Shown: one piece after another, positions 8,451-19,296 of the stretch | Numbering within the stretch: the first letter of the stretch is position 1 | Layout of the letters: each line of letters opens with the position of its first letter | NCBI GenBank assembly: GCA_965206645.1 | Contig: CBDBKE010000003.1 | Coordinates: 800,001-864,000, forward strand | From: Terriglobia bacterium | GTDB lineage: Bacteria; Acidobacteriota; Terriglobia; JAJPHL01; JAPKYU01 | Reading direction: 5' to 3' | DNA length: 64,000 bases | Position numbers and translations under genes: made by a program | Notes under the pieces: model-generated | Seen by the model: the letters and a program-made list of their open reading frames with translations, nothing else | Told to the model about the DNA's origin: nothing | The model's database searches: none

Positions 8451-10108
8451 CCGGAATTTCCATTTCGAGCTTCCTCTTCACCCGAAAAGCTATGCCTCGT
8501 ACCCTGTCGTGTCAACCGCAAACAGCTCTGGCCTCTTTGAGGTGGTAGTGCGGCACATTTTGGCTGTTCTTCGGAGTCGCTGTGCGGGGTTCGCCTGCCC
8601 AGCCTGCCGCGCCGCTGACACTTATCCGGCCCGACCACTTCTGAGCACCTAAAATTACCCTCTCTCCCGGTTCGCTAGCCGTCTGGCAGCGGCAGTGCCG
8701 AGATCGTTCGCAGCATGCTGCTGAACAGCCTCCGGCTCAAGTGCCCTTCGGCCAGCAAAAGCCAGTAATATCGCGCATGTTTCACCAGCCGTCCTCCCGT
8801 TTTCACCAACCGCTGTTGCAAGCTCGTCAGGGACCAGTTCCCGATTCTCTGTGGCAGCACCAGTCGCCGCCACAGGTTGCCGAGATTATAGGCAATGATG
8901 GTGAGCCACAGCCGGACCTCGTTCGACCGGAACCGGTGACAACTGAGCCGCGTCATCTTCACTGCTTGCTCTCCTTCTTTGATCCACTGCTCCGCTGTCC
9001 CCCGCTTGTTGTAAAACCGCATCACCGCCCGACTTGGCAGAGTCAAGTTCGTAACGATAAACCCTACTCGCGGGAACAGCTCCCCTGGATGATGCTCCAC
9101 CTTGGCCACCACCCTGCGGGCTGTCTTCCAACTGGCCGCTTGGTATAGAAAGCCCTTGAACTCCACCAACGGCTTCTTGCTGGGTCTCCCCACCGGCCGA
9201 GTCAGCAACTCCTCAATGTCCCGCTGTAGGCTGTCGTTAGCCGGGATGCGGATGGCGTACTTTACCTCCCGCTCCTCCAGAGCCTCGTAAATCTCCGGCT
9301 TGGCAAAGGCCGCGTCGGCACGAAACACCACTTCCTTGCCCAGCTGCTGCTGCCGCTCGATCTCCGGCAGGAGAAGTTCTTTCCAGTCCTCGGCGCTGTG
9401 CACGTTGCCCGGTCGCAGCTTGGCCGCCAGACAGTCACCCTCGCGATTGAACAGCAACAACGGGTGATAGCAGCTCGACTCGAAATGCCCGTTGTAGGCA
9501 CTCTGCTCCTGCTGGCCGTAGACCGGAATCTCGGTCGAGTCCATGTCCAGCACCACCCGTTGCGGGGAATCCATAGCTTCCGCCCTGGCGATTAAATCCC
9601 GGTTGATCGCTGCCAAACCAGCCAGGTTCTCATCTTGCGTCAGTAGTTCTGTCTCGAACGATTGCAGCCGGGAAGTCAACGCGGCTCCTCGCTCTCAGAT
9701 CTTTTCTGAACCGATCAGCCGGAACGTCGGATCTTGAGAGAGCCGTTCCGCGTCATTCATATCTTCGTAACCCGCCAAGCGGCTGTACACGGACTGGCGC
9801 AGGAGGTCAGCAAAGGGCAACCGTGTGTTCTTTCTCCGAGGATCGGCCAAGTGCTGTTTGATGAGTTCTCCGAATCCCAAATGTTCGTCTGATTCGCGCA
9901 CGAAGATCAGGCCGCCGTCGGAAGTAACCCGCGACCCCTGGAAATCGACCTTCAATGCAGCATTGAAAGAGAACTGAAAGGGCTGATTTTGCCTCTCACC
10001 CACTCGGTTTCTACCTCCGGAAGCTGTATTGACGCTGGAACCGGCATAAATATTGGCGTCGGAGGTCAGTATAAGGTTAGCTTTGGAGTTTCAAAACGGA
10101 AATCCGGG
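8451..10108 (-). mobile_element. IS1380-family insertion sequence (inactivated)
   Basis: Imperfect terminal IRs CCGGAATTTCCATTT / AAACGGAAATCCGG(G) enclosing a DDE transposase. Confidence 0.85.
8675..10003 (-). pseudogene. IS1380 transposase with an in-frame nonsense codon at 9695-9697
   Basis: TSDGGL, AGYED, LDMDST, RADAAF and YNKRGTAEQWIKEG motifs. The two ORFs are in the same frame, separated by TGA (KI*ERGAALTS), probably TGG>TGA. Confidence 0.9.
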
Positions 10109-10226
10109 TTCATCCTTCACATGCAACTCAGCGCGCTTGGCGGCCGCCTCGCTCATTGGGGAACCCCCTAAAATTGTTAACGCGATTGTATTGTCACCGT
10201 GCCCGAGAAGCAAGGGCCCCGTAAGA

Positions 10227-10670
10227 CTAGCGCGCGCCGCTCAGCACGTCGTTGGCAAACCGCAACAGATCGGCCCGCGTGATGATGCCCACCAGTTGCT
10301 GGCCGTCCATCACCGGCAGGCAGCCCAGCCGCTGCGAATGGAGTAGGGACGTGGCTTCGGCCAACGTTGCATCCGGGCCGATGGTAGTTACATCCCTGGT
10401 CATCACCGTCCCCACCAACGTCTGCTCAAAGGTCTTGTTGTAGTCCTCGGGTGTGCTGTAGAGAATGGAAGCCCCATGACGGCGAACGTCACGCTCGGTC
10501 AATAGCCCAACCAGGCGGCCGTCGCTGACCACCGGCAGATGGCGGACACCGGCTCGCCGGATCCGCAAATCCGCATTTAGAAGGTGATCCTCCGGCGTCA
10601 GCGTCTCCGGAGCCGAACTCATGTAATCCTTGACCCGCAAGGAAGCAAAACCAGATTCATTTTTGCCCAT
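10227..10670 (-). CDS. CBS-domain protein, paralog of 7273..7686
   Basis: VRHLPVV...GLLTERD...GCLPVMD...GIITRAD; ATG 10670 with a GGAG RBS. Confidence 0.88.
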   Translation of the reverse strand: MGKNESGFASLRVKDYMSSAPETLTPEDHLLNADLRIRRAGVRHLPVVSDGRLVGLLTERDVRRHGASILYSTPEDYNKTFEQTLVGTVMTRDVTTIGPDATLAEATSLLHSQRLGCLPVMDGQQLVGIITRADLLRFANDVLSGAR

Positions 10671-10731
10671 GACACTCCGCCCTAAGCCGGCACGCCCGAT
10701 TGTATGGTTGGCTGGCTCCGGGCGCAAGGGG

Positions 10732-11958
10732 CTACTTGCTGAGATACCGCAGAGTGTGCAAGCCCCGCCCCGGGGCGTAGCCGGTCATTTCCAGGTACCC
10801 GTGGGCCACAGCGCGACGGCCCTGCTTGTTTCCCGTGGCGCGGGTAGCTCCTTCCCAATAGGTAACCCCAGTTGTTTCCCGGGTGACCAGTTCCTGAGCG
10901 CGGACCGCGGCGCGGACTTCCAGGTCCAGGTCCAGTTCCGGAACCTGGACCTGCCAGTCGAGCGGGTATTGGGCACCGCTGCGAGGACTTCGCCACCGCC
11001 CCCTTGGCTGAGGCAGCAGCCGCAACTGGGTGGCTCCCAGCGCCCGTGGTGGCCCCTGCGGAGGAATGTAGGTGCCACCAGAGTGCGAAGCACGGCCGTC
11101 TCGCCGCCGGAGTTGAAATAGCATCAGCTCCGAACCATCCTCAAATTGCAGGCTGAACCAGTCCCACCCGGATTGCTCCGGGGAGAGCTGGCTGGTGGAA
11201 AATTCATGATCCATCCACGCCAGACCGGAGACCGCGAACTCTTGCCCGCCCAAACGTATCGCTCCCGTAGCTTGCAAGCGGGAGAAGGAATAGTAGTGAG
11301 ACGCGTGCCCGACACCCGGGCCTTTGCGGCTGATTCCGTCGCGGCCGTGGATGACCGGCGGCTTCACCGGCCGCAACTCCAGGCGTAGTGCGAAATCCCT
11401 GGCCGCCGCCTCCAGCCGGTGGTGCTGCGGGCTGATGGTGGCACTCCAATCGCCCACCCAGACGCGCGCTGCAACTTCCGACAGAGGTCCCGACAGGGGC
11501 CGTCCCCCGTCAGCAGTGGTGGCGCCCGCCAGTCCCAGCGCCCCGCGATGCATGCGCTGCTTGTAGCGGAAAGTGCCCTCCCGAATATCGGTCACCGCCA
11601 GGTGCGCCGAGTACAGGTGCTCAATGCGCCAGCGCGAAGAGTTTGGATACGGGTTGGCAATACCTTCCCGGAAGAAAGTCAGCTCGAACCCAAACGATCG
11701 CCCATCGGGCGTTCTCACATTGCCCGTGTAATACCACCATTCGGTCCGGAAGTCGGGGTGGGAGAAGTGGTCGCGGGGAAACTCAAAGCGGTAGCCGGGC
11801 AGAGCCAGCCGAAACCGGCTCTCCTGGGCCAAACCGATAGCGGACATCGCGAGGAGCGTACAAAGCAGGAGTCCGAGCGCCAGCGGAAATTTCCGGGTCG
11901 CAGACTTGGTCCGGCAGCGTTGTCGTTCAGGGAAAACTTGCTCGGCCAAAACCCGCAT
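10732..11958 (-). CDS. Lipocalin-like AttH/CrtC (hydroxyneurosporene synthase-like) secreted protein
   Basis: FPRDH..HPDFRTEWWYYTGN, SHYYS, WMDHEF, GWDWFSL, YWEGA and GYLEMTGY motifs. Confidence 0.88.
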   Translation of the reverse strand: MRVLAEQVFPERQRCRTKSATRKFPLALGLLLCTLLAMSAIGLAQESRFRLALPGYRFEFPRDHFSHPDFRTEWWYYTGNVRTPDGRSFGFELTFFREGIANPYPNSSRWRIEHLYSAHLAVTDIREGTFRYKQRMHRGALGLAGATTADGGRPLSGPLSEVAARVWVGDWSATISPQHHRLEAAARDFALRLELRPVKPPVIHGRDGISRKGPGVGHASHYYSFSRLQATGAIRLGGQEFAVSGLAWMDHEFSTSQLSPEQSGWDWFSLQFEDGSELMLFQLRRRDGRASHSGGTYIPPQGPPRALGATQLRLLPQPRGRWRSPRSGAQYPLDWQVQVPELDLDLEVRAAVRAQELVTRETTGVTYWEGATRATGNKQGRRAVAHGYLEMTGYAPGRGLHTLRYLSK

Positions 11959-11968
11959 TCGGCACCGG

Positions 11969-12955
11969 TCACAACCGTATGGAGACGTGGGGCCGCCGCT
12001 CGAGATGGATGCTATCCACGAAGCGCACCTTGCCGGCGCCCCGGGTGAGCACCAGGGAGTGGGTCCGCGTCCCGTCGCCAAAAAAGCGGACGCCGCGCAG
12101 CAGGTTGCCGTCGGTCACGCCGGTGGCCGCAAATAGAATGTTGTTGCCGGGAGCCAGATCGTCGGTGGTGAAGATGGCTTTGGGATCCTTAATGCCAACG
12201 CTTTGGATGCGCTCGCGCAGCTCGGGCCTGTCCACCACCAGCCGGGCCAGGATTTCCCCGTTCAAGCAGCGCAGGGCGGCGGCGGTTAGCACGCCCTGCG
12301 CGGCTCCGCCCACTCCCATCAGGGCATGGACCGCGGTGCCGCGGACCGCAGCGGAAATACCAGCCGACAGGTCTCCCTCGTTGATCAAATGAATGCGCGC
12401 GCCCGCCGCTCGAATTTCGCTAATGAGCTTTTTGTGCCGGGGACGATCCAGCACCACCACTACCAGGTCTTCCACCTCGCGGTCCAGGTGGCGCGCCAGC
12501 CGCTTTAAGTTTAGCGCCACCGGGGCATCCAGCTCCATGGCGCCCCGGCCCTCCGGCCCGACGATGATCTTGTCCATGTGGCACCGGGGAACGTGCAGCA
12601 GGCCTCCAGGCTCGCTGGCCGCAAGTACCACCAGTGCGTTCGGGGCACCGGTGGAGCAGAGGCTGGCGCCCTCGAGCGGGTCGGCGGCGACCTCCACCTC
12701 GGGCAGCTTGGTGCTCTCGCCGCGCCCGACCTTCTCACCCACGTACAGCATGGGAGCTTTGCCCCGCTCTCCTTCGCCGATGGTGACGGTGCCCCTCATC
12801 GGCACGGCGTCCATCGAGCGCCGCATGGCCTCAACGGCTACACGGTCAGAATGCTTCCGGTCGCCCATGCCCATGGTGTGGGCTGCCGCAATGGCTGCTT
12901 GTTCGACTGCCTGTAGAAACCAAGGCGAAAGCTCGCGCTCGATTGGCCCTCCCAT
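11969..12955 (-). CDS. glpX: Class II fructose-1,6-bisphosphatase homolog with substituted active-site motifs
   Basis: IGEGE, DPLEG, DRPRH and [13 protein letters not shown] family motifs; see findings for the substitutions. Confidence 0.9.
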   Translation of the reverse strand: MGGPIERELSPWFLQAVEQAAIAAAHTMGMGDRKHSDRVAVEAMRRSMDAVPMRGTVTIGEGERGKAPMLYVGEKVGRGESTKLPEVEVAADPLEGASLCSTGAPNALVVLAASEPGGLLHVPRCHMDKIIVGPEGRGAMELDAPVALNLKRLARHLDREVEDLVVVVLDRPRHKKLISEIRAAGARIHLINEGDLSAGISAAVRGTAVHALMGVGGAAQGVLTAAALRCLNGEILARLVVDRPELRERIQSVGIKDPKAIFTTDDLAPGNNILFAATGVTDGNLLRGVRFFGDGTRTHSLVLTRGAGKVRFVDSIHLERRPHVSIRL

Positions 12956-13186
12956 CGCTCTTCATTACAGCACAGATGCCGGGATACAGCATAGATGCCG
13001 GGATGGAGCCAGCCACGCTCTAGGCGGCTCGCGATACTCAGCAGTCGGTGGGCAGCAAGGTAGTGCAACTAACCTGTCGGTTTGCCTGCCTGGCTCGCGT
13101 ATGCTAATCCTGCGGGGCGTTCCGGCGCGGATGGCCCTTGCAGTCGCGGCCCCAGCCGGGCACTACGACCTGCGACCCCCGACCTG

Positions 13187-14737
13187 ATGGCTATGCTTCC
13201 CATGAGTATGCTTCCCAGGGTGGCTCTGGTAGGTGCTGGCCCAGGCGACCCCGGCCTGCTCACGGTGCGCGGTCGTGAGCTGCTGGAGCGCGCCGAGGTG
13301 GTCATCTACGACCACCTGGCCAATCCGGTCCTGCTGGACTACGCGCTCCCGAAGGCCGAGCGTCTTTACGTTGGGAAACGATCGCGCCAGGACCCACAGT
13401 ACCAGGAAAACATCAACGCCTTGCTGCTCGAGAAAGCCCGAGCGGGAAGGCGCGTGGTGCGGCTGAAGGGCGGCGACCCGTTCATTTTCGGGCGCGGTGG
13501 CGAGGAAGCCGAAGCGCTCCGCGCTGCCGGCATCCCCTACGAGGTGGTGCCTGGCGTCACGGCCGGCTATGCGGTCCCGGCCTACGCCGGCATCCCCATC
13601 ACCCAGCGCGAGTTCACCTCCGCGGTGGCCTTCGTCACCGGGCACGCGGACCCGGAGACGGAGGAAAGCACGGTGCGCTGGGACAAGCTGGCCGCGGCCG
13701 CCGGCACGCTGGTGCTCTACATGGCCTGGCGGAACCTGGATGCCATCGCGCACAAGCTGATCCAGAGCGGCCGCCCGCCGGAGACCCCGGTAGCTGTGAT
13801 TTGCTGGGGAACGACACCGTTGCAGCAGACCGTTACCGGAACGCTGGCCGATATTGCGGCGCGCGTGGCTGAGCGCGGCCTGAAGCCGCCCACCATCGCC
13901 GTGGTTGGGGAGGTGGTTTCGCTGCGCGACACGCTGGCTTGGTTCGAGCGCCTCCCGCTGTTTGGCCGGCGCATTGTGGTGACTCGCGCGCGGCATCAGG
14001 TCGCCGCACTGGCCCGCGGCCTGCGCGAGCGCGGCGCTCTGGCGATCGAGCTGCCCACCATTGAGCTGCAGGACCCGAAGAGCTTCGCCCCGCTGGACCA
14101 AGCGGTGCGCGAGCTGGAGGGGTATGACTGGCTGGTGTTTACCAGCGCCAACGGCGTGGAAAAATTCTTCGCCCGGCTGGAAGTTGCCGGGCGGGATGTG
14201 CGCGCCATCCGCGGTCGCGTTTGCGCCATCGGCCCGGCAACCGCCGAACAGCTCCGCGCCCACGGCGTGCGGGCCGACCGCATGGCCGCCGAGTACCGCG
14301 CCGAGGGCGTGCTGGCGGCACTGGCAGCGACAGCAACGCCCGAAGCCGCTTCGCCCAGCCAGACCCTAGCCGGGCAGCGCATCTTGATCCCACGCGCGGC
14401 GGTGGCCCGCGACCTGCTGCCACGCGAACTTCAGGCCCGTGGCGCCCGCGTGGACGTGGTGGAAGCCTATCGGACGGTGGGGGCCGAAATTCCTACTCCG
14501 GTTTTGCGCGGGCTGGTGGAAGAGGGGGCTGACTTAATCACTTTCACCAGTTCTTCCACCGCGGAGAACTGCCCGGCCGAGCTGCGGACGATTCCGGCGG
14601 CTTCGATCGGGCCCATCACTACCGAAACCGCCAGGCGCCTGGGCTTCCAGGTGGTGGCGGAGGCGCAGGAGTACACGGTGGAAGGGCTGTTGGCTGCGCT
14701 GGAAGGCCATTTTGCGCAAGACGCAAGCAGCCCGTGA
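13187..14737 (+). CDS. cobA: Uroporphyrinogen-III C-methyltransferase / uroporphyrinogen-III synthase fusion
   Basis: LVGAGPGDPGLLT and RLKGGDPFIFGRGGEE; the HemD half has FTSANGV, IGPATA, AYRT, FTSSS. Confidence 0.93.
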   Translation: MAMLPMSMLPRVALVGAGPGDPGLLTVRGRELLERAEVVIYDHLANPVLLDYALPKAERLYVGKRSRQDPQYQENINALLLEKARAGRRVVRLKGGDPFIFGRGGEEAEALRAAGIPYEVVPGVTAGYAVPAYAGIPITQREFTSAVAFVTGHADPETEESTVRWDKLAAAAGTLVLYMAWRNLDAIAHKLIQSGRPPETPVAVICWGTTPLQQTVTGTLADIAARVAERGLKPPTIAVVGEVVSLRDTLAWFERLPLFGRRIVVTRARHQVAALARGLRERGALAIELPTIELQDPKSFAPLDQAVRELEGYDWLVFTSANGVEKFFARLEVAGRDVRAIRGRVCAIGPATAEQLRAHGVRADRMAAEYRAEGVLAALAATATPEAASPSQTLAGQRILIPRAAVARDLLPRELQARGARVDVVEAYRTVGAEIPTPVLRGLVEEGADLITFTSSSTAENCPAELRTIPAASIGPITTETARRLGFQVVAEAQEYTVEGLLAALEGHFAQDASSP

Positions 14738-14806
14738 TAAGATGAACGTCCAGTCCTAGCGCGGCACGCGCGATGGGCGCCCGACCCAAAGGCGGGCGGA
14801 GTCTGC

Positions 14807-15475
14807 TTGAGTCCCTACATCATCTTCGACATTGTTGCCCTGCTGTTTGCCATCAGCATCCACGAGTCCGCGCACGCCTGGTCGGCCAATCGCCTGGGCG
14901 ATCCCACGGCGCGCCTGCTGGGGCGCATCACATTGAACCCGCTACGTCACATTGACCCGATCGGCACGGTGCTGTTCCCTGTGATGCTGGCGCTTGCCGG
15001 CCTACCCATCTTCGGCTGGGCTAAGCCCACTCCGGTGGACCTGCGGCACCTGCGCCACCCGCGGCGTGACGACATGCTGGTCTCGGCGGCCGGCCCGGCC
15101 AGCAACTTCCTGGTGGCGCTGGTGGCGGTCCTCCTGCTGCTCGGAATGCGCGTGACGTCGCCCCAAGGGGCGGCCGTCGTCAATGGCCTGACCGCCGGCT
15201 TGGTTCGGGGCGACTCGTTGCTGATACCGGTCGCGCTGCTGTTCTACCACTTTTTGTTTATTAACCTCCTGCTGGGGGTGTTCAACCTGATCCCGATTCC
15301 CCCGCTCGACGGCAGCCACATCCTGTCCGGACTGCTGCCCGACCGGCTGCGCGCGCTTTATTCTGAGGTAGGCCGCTTCGGGTTCCTGCTGCTGTTGCTC
15401 CTGCTGTGGACCGGTGTTCCCTACCGGCTCTTCTCGCCCGTGCTCGGGCTGTTTCATTCCCTGCTGAGGTTGTAG
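14807..15475 (+). CDS. Site-2 protease family (M50) membrane metalloprotease
   Basis: HESAH, AGPASN and FNLIPIPPLDG motifs. Confidence 0.92.
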   Translation: MSPYIIFDIVALLFAISIHESAHAWSANRLGDPTARLLGRITLNPLRHIDPIGTVLFPVMLALAGLPIFGWAKPTPVDLRHLRHPRRDDMLVSAAGPASNFLVALVAVLLLLGMRVTSPQGAAVVNGLTAGLVRGDSLLIPVALLFYHFLFINLLLGVFNLIPIPPLDGSHILSGLLPDRLRALYSEVGRFGFLLLLLLLWTGVPYRLFSPVLGLFHSLLRL

Positions 15476-15481
15476 GAGCGA

Positions 15482-16534
15482 GTGCCCCGGAAACCCCAGA
15501 AACGCCAGAAAAGAGTGCTGAGCGGAATGCGGCCCTCCGGCAAGCTCCATGTGGGCAACTACCTGGGGGCGCTGGTGAACTGGGTGAAGATGCAGGAGGA
15601 GTTCGACTGCTTCTTCTTCATCGCCGACTGGCACGCGCTGACCACCGACTACGCCGACACCCACCAATTGAAGGAGAACACGCTGGAGGTGATCATCGAC
15701 TGGCTGGCTTGCGGCCTGGACCCGGCCCGCGCCACCCTGTTCGTGCAGTCGCACGTGCCCCAGCACGCCGAGCTGCATCTGCTATTGTCCATGATTACCC
15801 CGCTCGGCTGGCTCTATCGCGTGCCCACTTACAAGGAGCAGCGCGAGCAGATCCGGGACAAGGACCTGGACACCTATGGGTTCCTGGGCTACCCCGTGCT
15901 GCAGTCGGCCGATATCCTGATGTACAAGGCCGACCTGGTTCCGGTGGGCGAGGACCAGGTGGCGCACGTGGAGTTGACGCGCGAGATTGTGCGGCGTTTC
16001 AACAGTTTTTTCCCGTTGCCCGAAGGTGGCGTCGTGTTCCCCGAGCCGCAAGCCTACCTGACACCCTCGCCGCGCATACCTGGCCTGGACGGCCGCAAAA
16101 TGTCGAAAAGTTACGGCAATGCCATCCTGCTCAGTGAGCCGGAAGGCGAGATGCGCAAAAAGATCGCTACCATGATGACCGACCCGGCCCGGAAGCGGCG
16201 CAGCGACCCAGGTAATCCCGAGGTTTGTCCGGTATTCGACTACCACAAGGTGGTCTCGCCGCCCGAGGTCATCTCCTGGGCCGACCATGGCTGCCGGACC
16301 GCTGAGATCGGCTGCCTCGATTGCAAGCAGGCCATGGCCGATGGCCTGGTCAAACTCCTGAACCCCATCCAGCAGCGTCGCCGCGCTTACGAAGAGGAGC
16401 CACATCGCGCCTGGCAGGCGCTTGAGGAAGGCGGCGAACGAGCCCGTGCTGCGGCCCGCACCATCATGCAGGAGGCACACGCCGCTACCCGGATGACCCA
16501 CCAGTTCCCCGCCCGAAAACCTGCCTCCGAGTGA
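15482..16534 (+). CDS. trpS: Tryptophan--tRNA ligase
   Basis: SGMRPSGKLHVGNYLG (HIGH-like), VPVGEDQ, KMSKS. Confidence 0.96.
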   Translation: MPRKPQKRQKRVLSGMRPSGKLHVGNYLGALVNWVKMQEEFDCFFFIADWHALTTDYADTHQLKENTLEVIIDWLACGLDPARATLFVQSHVPQHAELHLLLSMITPLGWLYRVPTYKEQREQIRDKDLDTYGFLGYPVLQSADILMYKADLVPVGEDQVAHVELTREIVRRFNSFFPLPEGGVVFPEPQAYLTPSPRIPGLDGRKMSKSYGNAILLSEPEGEMRKKIATMMTDPARKRRSDPGNPEVCPVFDYHKVVSPPEVISWADHGCRTAEIGCLDCKQAMADGLVKLLNPIQQRRRAYEEEPHRAWQALEEGGERARAAARTIMQEAHAATRMTHQFPARKPASE

Positions 16535-16721
16535 AACAACCACGTTTTGTATCAAGGGCGTGCGCTTCGCCGCCGATACCGCGAAAGTCAATCTGAATCC
16601 TCGATCACGAAACTCGCATCTCAGCCCCCAGGAGTGGCGACTGTGCTGCCAGGCCGGTGCGCGCGCATTCGCAACAAGACCCACCCGGCGGAAAAGAGTC
16701 ATTCCCTTTTTGGGTGGCTGC

Positions 16722-16730
16722 TGATATAAT
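16722..16730 (+). promoter_or_regulatory. Extended -10 promoter upstream of the Crp/Fnr regulator
   Basis: TGATATAAT (TGnTATAAT consensus) about 40 bp before ATG 16771. Confidence 0.55.
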
Positions 16731-16770
16731 TAGACACAGAGCTTCACAAGTTCAGCAGCGAGGTGGGTAC

Positions 16771-17460
16771 ATGGCTGAGCGGATCGAGAACCATCTTTTT
16801 GTTTTCGCAGGATTGTCGCCGGAGGAATCCAAACGCTTGTTGCAAGGTTCCCGGCTACGCAGATATGCCGCCGGCGAGACGGTCTACAGGGCAGGCGAAC
16901 CCCAAAGGGATTTGTTCCTCCTTCTACAGGGGGCGGTCAAGGTCTGGGTCCCTCAACCGCGCCCGCTCATCTTGGAGGTCGTGCTGCCCGGAGAGTCGTT
17001 CGGCGACTTCTGCCAGGACGGCCAGGGCCGTGGTGCGGAGAAGGCGGAAGCACTGGAGCCGTCAGTGGTGCGCGCCTTTCCTTTTGCGCGGCTACTCGCC
17101 GGCAGCCCCAATGGCACCCAGCCCACGCTGGGCCAGCGGCTGCTGGGCCTGTACTGTCGGCGCGCCGCCCAGGCCCGCCATCTCTGGTGCAGCGGGGTGA
17201 GCGAGGATGTGCCGCAGCGGGTGGCTCGCCGCCTGCTGGAAATGTTGCGCCACGTCCCGGATGGGCCCGGCATGGCCGCCGTTCCGGTGCGCCTGCGGCA
17301 GGAGGACTTGGCCTATCTGGTGGGTGCCACCCGCACTACGGTTTCGGAAATCCTCAACGATTTCGAGCGCCGTGGCCTGGTGGAGCTCAAGCGCGCCAGC
17401 TTCCGGGTTGATCGCCGTAAGATCCAGCAGACTCTCTGGCCTTCACGGAGTGCCGCCTAG
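16771..17460 (+). CDS. Crp/Fnr-family transcriptional regulator
   Basis: cNMP-binding-like domain (GETVYRAGE...PGESFG) and HTH RQEDLAYLVGATRTTVSEILNDF. Confidence 0.88.
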   Translation: MAERIENHLFVFAGLSPEESKRLLQGSRLRRYAAGETVYRAGEPQRDLFLLLQGAVKVWVPQPRPLILEVVLPGESFGDFCQDGQGRGAEKAEALEPSVVRAFPFARLLAGSPNGTQPTLGQRLLGLYCRRAAQARHLWCSGVSEDVPQRVARRLLEMLRHVPDGPGMAAVPVRLRQEDLAYLVGATRTTVSEILNDFERRGLVELKRASFRVDRRKIQQTLWPSRSAA

Positions 17461-17661
17461 GGCGCTTCACCGGCCATTTCTAGCCGGGCTGGTGTCACGG
17501 CGTTCGAACACTCGCGACGCGACGGGAGCGCTTTCGTACTCCAGTGGCACGCCCGTAAGACCCAGCCCGTCCACTTGCACCCGGATTTGCGGAGCGCGGA
17601 CGAGCTGCGCTCCGTTCAGGGCTTTGACGTGGCTCGGGCGCGGCAGGTAAGCTGAAGGCGC

Positions 17662-18534
17662 ATGGACGGCGTGCTGGTGCTGGACAAACCGGCGGGCATT
17701 ACTTCGCACGATGTGGTGCTTCAGGCCCGACGTATCCTTTCGATCAAACGCGTCGGGCACCTGGGGACACTGGACCCGATAGCCACCGGCGTTCTGCCGC
17801 TGGTGGTGGGCCGCGCCACCCGCCTGGCGCAGTTCTACCGCGACCGCGACAAGCTCTACGAAGGCTCGATGCGGCTAGGTTTTGCCACGGATACGTACGA
17901 CCGCACCGGCACCCCAACGACCCCAGAGATGACGCCGGAGGTTTCCACTGAGGACCTGGAGGTCGTGCTTCGCGAACTCAGAGGCGAGTACGACCAGCAG
18001 CCGCCGCCCATCTCGGCCAAGAAGGTGGGGGGTGTGAAGGCCTATGAGCTGGCGCGCCGGCGCCAACAGGTGGAGCTGCCATCGGTGCGCGTGCACGTGA
18101 AGGAGTTAACGCTGCTGGCCTGGGAGCCGCCGCGGCTGCACTTCCGCGTCCTGTGCTCGGGCGGAGCCTACGTGCGCTCTCTGGTGCACGAGCTCGGACG
18201 ACGGCTGAGCTGCGGGGCGCACGTGGCCGAGCTGCGCCGCCTGGCCTCGGGCGAGTTCACGGACAGGGAGGCGCTGACGCTGGAGCGGCTGCGCCAGCTG
18301 CGGGCCGAGCAGCGGGTTGCTGAGGCGCTGCTGCCCACCGCATCGCTGCTGCCGGAATTCCCCGTCTACAAGCTGCCGCCGGCGGCTGTGGCCACCGTGT
18401 TGCATGGTCGCGACTTCCGCACCTTTCCGCCGGTTACCTGGCAGCGCATCAAGGTGCTGGCCCCCGACGGTCGCCTGCTGGCCATCGCCGAGCGCGGCAC
18501 CGCCGGCTTCTATCACCCCTCGATCGTTCTGTAG
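17662..18534 (+). CDS. truB: tRNA pseudouridine(55) synthase
   Basis: DKPAGITSHDVV, GHLGTLDP, QQPPPISAKK. Confidence 0.95.
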   Translation: MDGVLVLDKPAGITSHDVVLQARRILSIKRVGHLGTLDPIATGVLPLVVGRATRLAQFYRDRDKLYEGSMRLGFATDTYDRTGTPTTPEMTPEVSTEDLEVVLRELRGEYDQQPPPISAKKVGGVKAYELARRRQQVELPSVRVHVKELTLLAWEPPRLHFRVLCSGGAYVRSLVHELGRRLSCGAHVAELRRLASGEFTDREALTLERLRQLRAEQRVAEALLPTASLLPEFPVYKLPPAAVATVLHGRDFRTFPPVTWQRIKVLAPDGRLLAIAERGTAGFYHPSIVL

Positions 18535-18705
18535 CCGGGAACGGTCATGGCATCTCCGCATCATGGCGTTGTGATTTGTGTTTCCTGGCAGCCTGCTAGG
18601 TTCTACGCTACTGGCGAGTTCCGAGCCTGGTTTTGGGTAGACGCGCTTCTTCGTGTACCAATCGGCTGTGCCAATCGGTCTGTGCCAATCGGTTCGGGCT
18701 GCTGT

Positions 18706-19296
18706 TCAGCGCCGGATTCCCCGCGAGGTATCCATCAGCAAAGCGATGGGGTGGTCGAAGTCAGGAGTCTCCAGCGCTTCGACGCGCCACAGGCCGGCGC
18801 GTTCGAACAATACGGCGCGCCCCTCGTATTCTTCATTCGGCACGGGGGATTTGGAAAGCAAGGCCTGTGCAGGGGAAGTGACCTCGGTCCAGTGGTAGCG
18901 GAAACGCACGTCGCGCCTCCCTTCACGGTCCTGGAAGCCTTCCAGTTTGCTGACCACCCGGCGGCCGGCCCCAACCACCGAGGCAATCTCACCGCGAGTT
19001 TCACCGAAATAGGCGCGGCCTTTTTCCTCCAGCACCATTCCCTCGGGAGTCCATTTCCAAAATCCAGCCTGCACACCTCGTCCCAAAAACCCCAGCGGGT
19101 CATATTCGATCGTGCGCGAGAACCGGAGCGGGAATTCCGGCACGCGAAACGGCTCAAAGCTTTCGATCGCCTGCCGGATCTCGCGCTCGCTCTTGCCGGT
19201 CAGCAGCAGCCAGGGAAGAAAAATCAGCACCACCACCAATCCCAGTAACTGGGGGAGTCCCAGTGGCAAGCGGCGCAGCGGATTCACTCGGGTCAC
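18706..19296 (-). CDS. Membrane-anchored hypothetical protein
   Basis: N-terminal TM helix and protein-like composition. Confidence 0.6.
   Translation of the reverse strand: MTRVNPLRRLPLGLPQLLGLVVVLIFLPWLLLTGKSEREIRQAIESFEPFRVPEFPLRFSRTIEYDPLGFLGRGVQAGFWKWTPEGMVLEEKGRAYFGETRGEIASVVGAGRRVVSKLEGFQDREGRRDVRFRYHWTEVTSPAQALLSKSPVPNEEYEGRAVLFERAGLWRVEALETPDFDHPIALLMDTSRGIRR

Noticed and set aside
8389-8652. ORF repeated at 52129..52335 as a possible duplicated gene or ncRNA
   Set aside because: Explained by the non-coding end of IS1380, present twice.
17467-17650. Possible small gene between the Crp regulator and truB
   Set aside because: No frame gives a recognisable protein with a credible start.
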